A stretch of 53,041 nucleotides of DNA from Firmicutes bacterium UBA5473 (lineage in GTDB: Bacteria; Bacillota; DTU084): contig DIQB01000129.1 of NCBI GenBank assembly GCA_002427165.1, forward strand, positions 1 through 53,041, given 5' to 3'. Shown here piece after piece: positions 30,165-39,537 of this stretch (positions are counted from its first letter, which is position 1; each line of letters opens with the position of its first letter). Below the pieces are notes generated by a model, which worked only from the letters and a program-made list of their open reading frames with translations, had not been told where the DNA came from and searched no databases. Made by a program: the position numbers and the translations under genes.

Positions 30165-30297
30165 CGCTGAGCATTCTATTTGTATCCAATGTGGGTGGAT
30201 TATGTATCGTAATAAGAATAATGGTTTTGAACTCAACTTTCGCAGCCTGAAATAGTGCTCCAAAGCGCGTAGAGACTGTTATTATAAGGGATTTCGA

Positions 30298-30846
30298 ATG
30301 CTGACTCTAGGCTGGTCTGACGGACATAGTTTTATTCCAGTTGATTTTGCGCTGCTTAGTTCGATTAAATCCCAATTAAACGGTATGGTAGCTAAAATTG
30401 ATAAAAGAACCTCTGGTTATAAAAGACGCGTAGAGTCCCTGCTTCCTGCTCCTACACTTGTTCCCGATATGGTCGATCGCGCTTTGTCAGCTGGAATTAG
30501 AGCTTTATATGTACTAAAGGATAGCTGGTTTACTCATGCGCCGCTAATAAGAGCTATTAAACAAAAAGGGCTAGATGTCATTGGCATGGTGAAAGCTGAC
30601 AACAAACGTTATCATGGTGGAGAAAACCGATTATCTTTAAACGAGCTATATTTTGCTGCTACAAGGGTTCAGGAAAAGAATAAGAACATAATCCGTTCCA
30701 TTCGGACTCAACTTTCGCCAGGAATTCCTGTACATATTGTTTTTGTCCGTCATCGCACAAATAAAAAGGACTGGGTAGCAATCCTATTAACTGATTTAAT
30801 CTTAACCGTAGAAGAAATAATCAGATCTATAGCATTCGTTGGGATA
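30298..30846 (+). mobile_element. IS4/IS701-like DDE transposase internal fragment
   Basis: MLTLGWSDGHSFIPVDFALLSS, YVL.DSWF, DVIGMVK; frameshifted at EEIIR/YSIRWD and truncated where the RIT end begins. Confidence 0.8.
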
Positions 30847-30854
30847 AAATACCG

Positions 30855-31252
30855 ATATCGGCATTTTGTCCCTTATGCTGATATTCCAGTTATGCCGACA
30901 TTTTAATGAAGTTCCAATGTCTGCGTTCCATACGTATTAAATATCGGCATTTTCTGTTATGATGAGAAAAATCATAACAGGAGGTGCCACTATGGAACGA
31001 ACAATTTAAAATGTTATTGACGGCCTGATTCTGCAGATTAAAGAGTACGGGGCCACCTTGCCGAGTGGCTGGGGCACAGCAGACTTGAAACGACTAGAAT
31101 TAACGCATCAGCTACGACAGAAAGGAAGCGCAAAGCAGCCGAAAAGTTGGCACTCGATGAGAAATCCGTCTTCAAGAATGATGTGCCGTTTAAGTATGCT
31201 GATAATGATGAAATGTTGAAACGTCTTTGTGGACTGAAATAATTATCCCGAT
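30855..31252 (+). mobile_element. Internally deleted RIT (recombinase-in-trio)-like element remnant
   Basis: TTATGCTGATATTCCAGTTATGCCGAC end motif at 30873. AGGAGGTG + ATG 30992 with an early stop. 31057-31242 encodes LAEWLGHSRLETTRINASATTERKRKAAEK...DEMLKRLCGLK*, a tyrosine recombinase C-terminus, followed by TTATCCCGAT. Confidence 0.75.
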
Positions 31253-31530
31253 AAATATCAAGGGCATTGTGAAAAGGAGTGTTTCCGTAGCTGCCCATCG
31301 TAAAACCTGTTCGCCACTTTGCAAGTAAACATCTTACCAAGGCCTTCGTGAATACTTGCAGCTCCTAGTCTTCGTGCTATGTACGCTATGTCTTTGAGCT
31401 TTGATTCCAAGGCCCTATTGGAAAAGGTTATGGTCGCTTACCCCAAATTTTAAAGATCACGTTATGAGGGCGCCTCTATCTTAGCGCCCTCGCTATTCCC
31501 GAATCTTTGTACCGCAAACACTTTGATAAG

Positions 31531-32307
31531 CTACTCCCTATTTATAAAACCTAATGATCCCAACCATTTACCACATAACTCTGTCCAGCTTGCCTCAAGC
31601 CCTTCTCCCAAACCTAAACCATGTCTTCCCTCAGGATAGATATGAAGAGCAAAAGGAACCTTCTTTTCCCGCAGCGCCCGTGCAAACAGAAGACTATTTT
31701 CCACAGGCACCGCCTCGTCATCTGCAGTATGCCAGATGAAACAGGGCGGTGTCTCTTTTGTTACCGAGTTTTCTAAAGATAACCTTTCCCTAAGATCCTC
31801 TGAAGGCTCCCCACCCAAAAGATTCACCATAGACCCTCGGTGCCCGTAAGGCCCAAAAGAGATCACAGGATAGCACAAAATCATAGCATCAGGCCGGGAA
31901 GAACACCTTTCAATAGGATCTTTTGCCGTGGAATCACCTGAGGTGAAAAACGTACCAGCCGAGGCCGCCAAGTGCCCACCTGCAGAAAAACCTAAAATCG
32001 CAATTTTATCAGGAAGAATATTAAACTCCGAAGCCTTCGCGCGCACAAGCTGAACCGCCCGCTGCGCATCTTCCAAAGGTGCCGGATGTTGCGCTAGTCT
32101 GTAGTGAAGCACGAAGGCAGAATAACCCAAACTATTTGCCCAGCGGGCAATAGGCTCACCTTCATGGGGCGCTAAATGCTCATAAGCTCCACCAGGGCAG
32201 ACGATTACCGCACCTCGTGGCTCCTCTGATTCTACTAAATACGGAATCAAGATCCCGGATTGCGTATTTTGGTTACTTACATTCAATTCAATTGGAGTTT
32301 GTCTCAC
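31531..32307 (-). CDS. Alpha/beta hydrolase (carbohydrate esterase-like)
   Basis: VCPGGAY, GFSAGGHLA, RPDAMILCYPV, DEAVP and HGLGLG motifs. Confidence 0.92.
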   Translation of the reverse strand: MRQTPIELNVSNQNTQSGILIPYLVESEEPRGAVIVCPGGAYEHLAPHEGEPIARWANSLGYSAFVLHYRLAQHPAPLEDAQRAVQLVRAKASEFNILPDKIAILGFSAGGHLAASAGTFFTSGDSTAKDPIERCSSRPDAMILCYPVISFGPYGHRGSMVNLLGGEPSEDLRERLSLENSVTKETPPCFIWHTADDEAVPVENSLLFARALREKKVPFALHIYPEGRHGLGLGEGLEASWTELCGKWLGSLGFINRE

Positions 32308-32343
32308 CGAAAAAGACCCCTCTCAAGATTGTTTAATACAATA

Positions 32344-32370
32344 ATTCTTCAAAGGGTGGCTGCTTCCTGC
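32344..32370 (-). promoter_or_regulatory. Sigma-H-like promoter for the hydrolase gene
   Basis: Minus strand GCAGGA-N17-GAAT, ~35 nt upstream of the start codon. Confidence 0.45.
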
Positions 32371-32499
32371 TAATTGATTTTCACTTTGCAGGGTTTGTAG
32401 GGGCGAATAGAGAAATATAGAAGATACCAGGTTCTACCATTGTCAAAATCGGAGTGGGGGTGTGAGTAAAAATAATCACCACAAAAGAGGGGGAAAATT

Positions 32500-33489
32500 A
32501 TGATAATGGACGAAGAAATTTGGCGTGCGTACTTAGATTCACTCACAGAAAAAGAACTACGTAGCTTTGCCCGAAAGTTGGGCTTCAGGATCGATGGTTT
32601 TCGTAAAGATCACCAAAAAACACCCAGACCCGTCCTCATCAGTCACTTTGGAAAACATCCTGGTGTTGCAGCAATCATGCCAAGTTTGTTGTGGCTAAGG
32701 AAGAAAATGGAGGAGGAAACGGAAAATGAGGTTGAGGCAATTGAGGAACAACAGCAAGAACTCTTTGCAGAATACGGGGCAGTACCAATAATCGCAGCCT
32801 TAGCCTCAACTGAAGAAGATGAGCTTGTGGAGTTAGGAGAACTATGGTTCGACGCTTGGCTAGAGGAGAGCGAACAGCAAAAAGAAGAGGCAAAGGATCA
32901 AAAGGAGGAGAGCAAACTGGAAAGCCAAATTGTTGACCTCCAGGCTCAGATGAAGCAGCTTGAAAAGAAACTCAAGCGAGCGGAAAGAGATGAAAAGGAC
33001 TGGAAAAGCAAATATGAAACTTTAAAAACTAAAAACGAAAAAGATCGAGAACGTTGGAAGAAAAAAACAAACAGCTACGATGAGAAACTCGCGAAAAAAG
33101 AGGAGGAAGTCGCCCTATGGATAGAAAAATGCACACAACTGGAAGGTCAACTTGCGAAAATGGAGACAGAAAAAGCGAAACTGGAGCACGAATTAAATCA
33201 AAGCTGCCTCGAGATCCTAGTCGTAGGGACCCAGGAGCGACCAGGGGAGAGGAAACGCATCGGATCTGAACTTGTGAACCTGAGCTATATCGACAGCAAC
33301 AAACAAAATGGCCTCTCAGAGCTAGTTTTAGATAAAGATTACATCCTCCTTCAATCTGCAAGGCTATCGAATCCTTTGCGAGCTAACCTTTACACCTGGT
33401 GCCTGCGGGCAGGAAAACAGCCCCTGGAATTCTCAGGTGAAGAAGAACTAATGAAAAAACTAGAACGTGTTTTGGGGGCAGAAAAATGA
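32500..33489 (+). CDS. Coiled-coil protein with N-terminal helical domain and C-terminal small alpha/beta domain (CnuA-like partner of McrBC)
   Basis: About 110 aa of E/K/Q-rich heptad sequence in the centre; C-terminus ILVVG..SYID..DYILL..PLEF. Stop overlaps the McrB start (ATGA). Confidence 0.7.
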   Translation: MIMDEEIWRAYLDSLTEKELRSFARKLGFRIDGFRKDHQKTPRPVLISHFGKHPGVAAIMPSLLWLRKKMEEETENEVEAIEEQQQELFAEYGAVPIIAALASTEEDELVELGELWFDAWLEESEQQKEEAKDQKEESKLESQIVDLQAQMKQLEKKLKRAERDEKDWKSKYETLKTKNEKDRERWKKKTNSYDEKLAKKEEEVALWIEKCTQLEGQLAKMETEKAKLEHELNQSCLEILVVGTQERPGERKRIGSELVNLSYIDSNKQNGLSELVLDKDYILLQSARLSNPLRANLYTWCLRAGKQPLEFSGEEELMKKLERVLGAEK

Positions 33490-35324
33490 CAAAAAGATGG
33501 GAATGCTTATTGGCCGGCAGACTGGCCCGAAAAGAAGAGATGTCCTATGGCCAGGAGCCGATTTTTGTAAATAATAATGACGCACTGCAGTTCTCAATTA
33601 AAGTGCAAAGCATCGGGCCTGAGGATTGCCCCACAGACGAACTATACTCTTGCTGGTGCAATAAAGTAGAGCAGTTTGGTTTCCATGATGATTCCCGAGA
33701 ATTTGAGGTTTTGCGGTTGGACAAATTGACTAAATTTCTTGAAGATAAGATCATCCTCTTCAAGCCCAGCATGAATCACGGTGGAGAGGGGAGAATCTTC
33801 TACACTGCAGAACCAAAAAGCCTCCTTCCCCGACCTGACGGAATCACTGGGGACACAAAATTGGTACCACTGCTCCTGGCTCGAGAGCAGGGAGAGGAGC
33901 TGGCAGAAGCATTAGCACTGGGAAGAGCTCTTGGTCGCTTTGAAAGCTACCCCAGAGAGATGCCCCAGCCTGTGGCAGTTGTGGATAGCACGCTTTCCGT
34001 TGCCTATGGCCCTGTGGCAGGCCTCGCCATCCGGCGAGATGAAATATCCGCCATTATCCAAGAACCCCCAAGATATGTTCCCTTGGAGGAAAAATTCTCA
34101 GACTCCTTTCTCTTCTACGAAAACCTGATCTTGGTAGACGAGGGAATAGCTAAAACTTTAGAGGAGGAACTAGCCGGGGGCCAGACTGTTACCATCCAAC
34201 CTCCTCAGGTGCAGCAAACAACAGGACATACATCCCCTGTGGAAATTAAATTCCTTGAGGATTTTCAAGCCCTCACCCGGGCAGAAGGGTTCTTGTATAG
34301 CAAAGAGGACATGGAAAACCTTCACCTCTCTTTTAAATGTGGGAGCCTGGTGCTCCTCGCTGGCATGACTGGCATCGGCAAAAGTCAGCTGGTGCGGCTT
34401 TATAGCAAAATGCTAGGTCTTAAGGAGAGATTTCTCATGCTCCCTGTAAGCCCAACCTGGCACGAAGACTCAGATCTCATTGGCTACCTGGATACTTTGA
34501 ACATGATCTATAGGCCTAGCACGGAACTTGTGGATCTTTTGCTTGCGGCCCAACTGAACCCAGATGAACTATATCTAGTCTGCTTCGATGAGATGAACCT
34601 AGCCCGACCAGAGCACTATTTTGCCCAGTTTCTCAGCGTCCTTGAATCACCGCAAAAAGAGCGCTACCTTACCCTCTACAACCCAAAGCTCCAAGAGAGG
34701 GTCTATAACTCGAACCTTTACCCCCCGCGGGTGAAAATTGGCAGCAACGTACTCTTTGCCGGCACAATTAACGTTGATGAATCAACCTATGCCTTCAGCG
34801 ATAAACTCCTAGATCGGGCCAATGTAATCAGGCTCAAACTGGACTCGTTTTCAGAGCTGGCAAGATTGGGAGCAGAGGAGCCACCCAGACTCTACCCTAT
34901 CTCCTTTGCAACCTACAGCGCCTGGCGGCACTATAATTGCCAAGGCCTGGCCCTCACCGACAACGAGCTGGCCTTTTTCGAGGAGCTCCAGGCAGAATTT
35001 GAGAAAGTGGATTTAGAGCGGGGCTTTGGCTATCGGGTCTTGCGACAAATAGACTGCTACGTGGGGAACCTCCCAGGGAGCGAAGGTTGGCTTACCAGGG
35101 GCGAGGCCATAGACCTGCAGGTGAGCCAGCGGATTCTCACCAAACTCAGAGGACCCAAAGAGCAATGGGAGAACCTGGTGGGCAGGATCAGAGGCGAAGA
35201 ATTGGAAGCAAGTTCCCTGGAGGAGGTTTTTAATAAATACCCCATGGTCAGTGACTTCTCTCGCTCCCGCATCGGTCTTAGACGCAAGGCAAAGGAGCTA
35301 GGCTGGTATGGGTATGCGTCGTAA
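33486..35324 (+). CDS. McrB-family AAA+ GTPase, NxD type
   Basis: Walker A GMTGIGKS, VSPTWHEDSDLIGY, Walker B FDEMNLAR.EHYF, GTINVDEST, SDKLLDRANVI, QRILTKLRG. Confidence 0.92.
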   Translation: MTKRWECLLAGRLARKEEMSYGQEPIFVNNNDALQFSIKVQSIGPEDCPTDELYSCWCNKVEQFGFHDDSREFEVLRLDKLTKFLEDKIILFKPSMNHGGEGRIFYTAEPKSLLPRPDGITGDTKLVPLLLAREQGEELAEALALGRALGRFESYPREMPQPVAVVDSTLSVAYGPVAGLAIRRDEISAIIQEPPRYVPLEEKFSDSFLFYENLILVDEGIAKTLEEELAGGQTVTIQPPQVQQTTGHTSPVEIKFLEDFQALTRAEGFLYSKEDMENLHLSFKCGSLVLLAGMTGIGKSQLVRLYSKMLGLKERFLMLPVSPTWHEDSDLIGYLDTLNMIYRPSTELVDLLLAAQLNPDELYLVCFDEMNLARPEHYFAQFLSVLESPQKERYLTLYNPKLQERVYNSNLYPPRVKIGSNVLFAGTINVDESTYAFSDKLLDRANVIRLKLDSFSELARLGAEEPPRLYPISFATYSAWRHYNCQGLALTDNELAFFEELQAEFEKVDLERGFGYRVLRQIDCYVGNLPGSEGWLTRGEAIDLQVSQRILTKLRGPKEQWENLVGRIRGEELEASSLEEVFNKYPMVSDFSRSRIGLRRKAKELGWYGYAS

Positions 35325-36930
35325 TGATCTCCCCTTTGAGCTCCGCTTCTACCTCTACCGCAATGTGGAGGCTAGTCGCGACTGTTTTTTAACCATCATG
35401 GATGACTTTGTGGAAGAACCAAGTGAGGTGGATTCCAGCTACGTCCAAATGCGGGAGTTCGCCCAGGTAGAGGTGGAGCTGGTGGCCAAAGAACCTGGTC
35501 CCTGGCGTCTGTATCTGGCAGGCCTTGAGCGCAGCGATAGCCGCTATGTAGAAAGCGATGGTAAAGAGTCGTGGTTACCTCACGGCGCGCGCATTACCCT
35601 CAGCAGTCCCACAGAGGAGCCCTGGATCCCAGGCTACTACGATGTACAGGTCCGCTGTGGGGACAGGATCTATTATAACCTGCTCTACGTCTGTCCCAAA
35701 GGCATGACCACCCACCAGTTAGATCTCATGCGCCAGGAGATTGAGGATCTAGCTGCAGGCCTGGCCATGGACGTGGCAGGAGGAAGAGCTGGGGGGCTTT
35801 CTCCGGAGGCCCACTATCGCTACAGGCTTCTGTGGGACAACTTCCCCCAACTCTGCGCTGCAGTAACGGATATCCTGGAGCGTCCCTCCCAGCAGGTTAC
35901 TCGCAACTGGCAGGTTGTCCCCTCCAGTTGCGCCCGGAGGATCGACAGGCAAAGCATCACCTGGCTTAGCAAACACCCCCAGACCTTTGCAGGGGGCAAA
36001 CCCCAGCGCATCCTCTGGGGTAAAGGCACGGTCCTGTATGATCTGCCAGAAAACGTCTGGCTAGCTGGCGTCCTAGATCAGATCATCACCCTTTTAGGAG
36101 AGATCGCTCTGGCCGGGGAGGGAGAGCAGGCAAAGCGGGCCCTACATATGCAGGAACGGCTGCGGATCCTGCGGCAGCGGCCCCCTTTAGCAGAGCTTAT
36201 AGGAGGGAGCGTCAGTTGGTCCTTGGCCATGTTCAAGGACGGCAGATACAGGCTCCTCTACGAGCTCTGGCGGCAGCTGTTTAAGCCCCTATCTGTGTAT
36301 TTCCGCGGCGAGCTAGGCTGGAAACGCACAGATAAGCTCTTCGAATACTGGTGCTTTCTGCGCACCATCGTTGCCCTCGAGGAGTTAGGTTTCAGTCCCA
36401 CCGGCGGTACTTTGCTTGCAGGGCAGCTAGAAAAAGAGGGAGTGGTGGTTTCTCTCAGTGCAGGCACCAAAGTGGAGCTCAGCCGCGGAGAACGCTCCGT
36501 TGTGGTTACGTATGATGAGGTATTGCCCCATACTCTAGAGGAGGTTAGGGCTCGGGACCATTTTCTAATGGTGATCTCCCCCCATGATAAGCCAGACATT
36601 CGTTTAGATTTCTATGAAAACGGAGCGTATCAATATACCTCGATCATGGATGCTAAATACCGCCATCCCCTTTGGATCTGGGACCGGAGGGTTTTTGCTG
36701 GAGGGATAAAATGGCCCCAGGCTATGAACCAGATCTCCAACTATAAAAATTCCGTCTATAACATTAATCAATCAGATCTGCGTTGCGTCCGGGAGGCTGC
36801 TTTGATTTGCCCGCCTGTAGATGAACCACAGGTGGACTACGCCTCAGACTATCACCTAGCGCTTGTGATGGAGGCGCCAGGTGATGGCAAGGTGCTGCGG
36901 GAGTATTTGGAAAGCAAAGTAATTGCCTAG
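35308..36930 (+). CDS. McrC-like DUF2357 + PD-(D/E)xK nuclease
   Basis: YDLPENVWL, DGRYR, LFEYWCF, KPDIRL and MDAKYR motifs; N-terminal beta-rich domain (PWIPGYY); overlaps the McrB stop. Confidence 0.88.
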   Translation: MGMRRNDLPFELRFYLYRNVEASRDCFLTIMDDFVEEPSEVDSSYVQMREFAQVEVELVAKEPGPWRLYLAGLERSDSRYVESDGKESWLPHGARITLSSPTEEPWIPGYYDVQVRCGDRIYYNLLYVCPKGMTTHQLDLMRQEIEDLAAGLAMDVAGGRAGGLSPEAHYRYRLLWDNFPQLCAAVTDILERPSQQVTRNWQVVPSSCARRIDRQSITWLSKHPQTFAGGKPQRILWGKGTVLYDLPENVWLAGVLDQIITLLGEIALAGEGEQAKRALHMQERLRILRQRPPLAELIGGSVSWSLAMFKDGRYRLLYELWRQLFKPLSVYFRGELGWKRTDKLFEYWCFLRTIVALEELGFSPTGGTLLAGQLEKEGVVVSLSAGTKVELSRGERSVVVTYDEVLPHTLEEVRARDHFLMVISPHDKPDIRLDFYENGAYQYTSIMDAKYRHPLWIWDRRVFAGGIKWPQAMNQISNYKNSVYNINQSDLRCVREAALICPPVDEPQVDYASDYHLALVMEAPGDGKVLREYLESKVIA

Positions 36931-37646
36931 GAAAACCAGCAGAGCACAATCCCGGCTAAAGTTCCCACGGCAAAGGCAACTGTGGCAAGATACTCGTGGC
37001 TAAGCTCGTGGGCATCTGGGAGCATTTTCTCCACCACAATGCACAGCATAGCACCGCCTGCAAAGCCCAAAGAGCCTGAGAGGAGGCCCCCAGAGAGCCG
37101 CCCTACAAGGGCGCCGATGAGGGTCCCACCTGCCATGGGGAGGCCCGTGAGGATGGTGGCCAAAAGCACCTTGCCTCGCCTGACATTTGCCAGACGCATA
37201 GGGACGCCTATGGCCACCCCCTCTGGGATGTTGTGCACAGTCATCACAAAAGCCACGCCAAAGCCTAGGCTGGCTGCAGCAGAAAAGCCTGCTCCCACAG
37301 CCATCCCTTCAGCAAAGTCGTGCATAGCGACTCCCAGAGCTAAAAGGAGGCTAGTGGCCAGATGCTTGTTTTGTAAAAACTTTAGCTTGCGTAGAAAAGA
37401 GTCCAGAGCCAAGATTAGCACAAAGCCCAGGAGCATCCCTCCTAATCCCCACAGGAGGCCCCCAATATCGAAGGCAGCCGTGAGGAGATCGAAGGCAACC
37501 ACAGCAAACATCAGTCCCCCGGAAAAACCCAAGAGCCAACCTAAAATATTTTTACTCTGGTGGATAGTGATGGAAATGAGCCCACCCAGCCCTGTGCCCA
37601 CAATACCGCTGAGGAGTCCGATGGTGGTTGTAAAAAGTAAATTCAA
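36927..37646 (-). CDS. ZIP family metal transporter (ZupT/GufA-like)
   Basis: Hydrophobic protein with GFSGGLM, MHDFAEGMAVG and HNIPEG motifs. Confidence 0.92.
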   Translation of the reverse strand: MNLLFTTTIGLLSGIVGTGLGGLISITIHQSKNILGWLLGFSGGLMFAVVAFDLLTAAFDIGGLLWGLGGMLLGFVLILALDSFLRKLKFLQNKHLATSLLLALGVAMHDFAEGMAVGAGFSAAASLGFGVAFVMTVHNIPEGVAIGVPMRLANVRRGKVLLATILTGLPMAGGTLIGALVGRLSGGLLSGSLGFAGGAMLCIVVEKMLPDAHELSHEYLATVAFAVGTLAGIVLCWFS

Positions 37647-37754
37647 TTGCCTACCTCCTGCGCTTTACGAAAGCCCTCTTAATATGCTAGAATATGGCTA
37701 TAGTATTATCAATTTATGATCGATGTGGATTATTTATGATTTGGCCAGGAGGGA

Positions 37755-39083
37755 ATGGAATTGGCAAAGAGAAGAGTTGAGAATCTCATCTGGAACAGAG
37801 CACGGGAGTGCATGGACCGAGAGGAGAAACAACAGCTACAGTTGGAGAAGCTACAGGAGACAGTAAGGCGGGTGTATCAGAAGGTACCCCATTACCGCAA
37901 TGCCTTGCAAGAGCGGGGGATTGGCCCCGATGATATCCGCTCTTTGGCAGATCTAACCCACCTGCCCTTTACAGCAAAACAAGATTTGCGGGATAACTAT
38001 CCGTTTGGCATGTTTGCCGTGCCTAAAAGCGAAATCGTACGCATTCATGCCTCATCAGGTACCACAGGCAAACCCACAGTTGTGGCCTACACCAGCCGGG
38101 ATCTAAATAACTGGGCAGAACTTGTGAGCAGATCCCTGGTTTGCGCAGGTGGCACCCATGAGGATACCATCCAGATTGCTTACGGCTACGGCCTCTTTAC
38201 AGGTGGCCTGGGCATTCACTATGGAGCAGAGCGCCTCGGAGCCACAGTGGTCCCCATCTCCGGTGGCAATTCAGAGAGGCAAGTGAACCTAATGCGGGAC
38301 TTCGGCACCACGATTCTCGCTTGCACCCCCTCCTATGCCCTTCATATTGCAGAGGTAGCCCGGGAGAGCGGGATCGATATTCGCGAGCTGCCTTTGCGTG
38401 CCGGTATTTTCGGGGCAGAGCCCTGGTCTGATAACATGCGCAAGAAACTGGAAGCAGAAACAGGAATCAGCGCTGTTGATATCTATGGTCTCAGTGAGGT
38501 TGTGGGTCCAGGTGTTGCCTGCATGTGCCAAGCTAAAGAGGGGCTCCACGTCTTCGATGATCATTTTATTCCTGAAATCGTGGATCCTGTAACAGGTGAG
38601 CCCCTGCCGCCAGGGGAGGAAGGGGAGCTTGTTTTCACCTCCATCTCCAAGGAGGCCTTCCCGATTATCCGCTACAGAACTCGGGATATCAGCTCCATCA
38701 TAGAGGAACCATGTGAATGTGGTCGTACTCACACCAGGATTCAAAGAATCTGTGGACGCACAGACGACATGCTCATTATCCGGGGTGTGAATGTCTTCCC
38801 ATCCCAGATCGAAAGCGTGCTACTTGAGATCGGCGAGACCGAGCCTCACTATCAGCTAATCGTAGATCGCAGAGGACAGATGGACGCCCTTGAGGTACTA
38901 GTGGAAGTTTCCGAACAAATGTTCTCCGATAAAGTCAGAGGCCTTGAGGAGCTAGGACAGAGGATTCAGCACAAGATTGTGAGTCTACTGGGCGTCTCTT
39001 GTAAAGTGAAACTGGTGGAGCCTAAAACAATTGAACGCACCAGTGGTAAGGCTAAACGCGTCATTGACAAACGTCAATTATAA
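37755..39083 (+). CDS. paaK: Phenylacetate-CoA ligase family protein
   Basis: [40 protein letters not shown] and [20 protein letters not shown] motifs. Confidence 0.92.
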   Translation: MELAKRRVENLIWNRARECMDREEKQQLQLEKLQETVRRVYQKVPHYRNALQERGIGPDDIRSLADLTHLPFTAKQDLRDNYPFGMFAVPKSEIVRIHASSGTTGKPTVVAYTSRDLNNWAELVSRSLVCAGGTHEDTIQIAYGYGLFTGGLGIHYGAERLGATVVPISGGNSERQVNLMRDFGTTILACTPSYALHIAEVARESGIDIRELPLRAGIFGAEPWSDNMRKKLEAETGISAVDIYGLSEVVGPGVACMCQAKEGLHVFDDHFIPEIVDPVTGEPLPPGEEGELVFTSISKEAFPIIRYRTRDISSIIEEPCECGRTHTRIQRICGRTDDMLIIRGVNVFPSQIESVLLEIGETEPHYQLIVDRRGQMDALEVLVEVSEQMFSDKVRGLEELGQRIQHKIVSLLGVSCKVKLVEPKTIERTSGKAKRVIDKRQL

Positions 39084-39096
39084 GGAGGGAGCAAGA

Positions 39097-39528
39097 ATGC
39101 AAGTCACTCAAATCTCAGTATTTTTGCAGAACACAGCTGGCAGGCTGGCAGGAGTCACAAAAACATTGGGTGAGGCGGGGATCAATATTCGTGCCCTATC
39201 CATCGCAGACACCAGTGATTTTGGAATTTTGCGCCTGATTGTGGACAAAAGCGAGGAAGCCCTAAAGGTTCTCAAAGATCGGGGCTACGCTGTGAGCAAG
39301 ACAGAGGTGATCGCGGTCCGCGTCCCAGATAAGCCTGGGGAACTTTCTACAATTTTATCCCTTCTAGAGGGAACAGGGATCAATATTGAGTATCTTTATG
39401 CTTTTGTGGGTCGCTCTGGGGGAGATGCAGTTGTGGTTTTCCGAGTCGAGGAGCCCCAAAGAGCTCGGGTCTTGTTATCCGAGAACAACATCGAATTTCT
39501 TGATGAAGATCAGATCAATAAGTTTTAG
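39097..39528 (+). CDS. Tandem ACT-domain protein
   Basis: QISVFLQN..GRL, INIRALSIADT.DFGILRLIV, DKPG.L, NIEYLYAF; ATG 39097 after AGGAGG; usual paaK neighbour. Confidence 0.92.
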   Translation: MQVTQISVFLQNTAGRLAGVTKTLGEAGINIRALSIADTSDFGILRLIVDKSEEALKVLKDRGYAVSKTEVIAVRVPDKPGELSTILSLLEGTGINIEYLYAFVGRSGGDAVVVFRVEEPQRARVLLSENNIEFLDEDQINKF

Positions 39529-39537
39529 GAGAGAGTT

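Noticed and set aside
31038..31340. 100 aa minus-strand ORF
   Set aside because: Antisense to the tyrosine recombinase C-terminal remnant.
36982..37719. 245 aa plus-strand ORF
   Set aside because: Antisense shadow of the ZIP transporter; low-complexity P/R/A composition.
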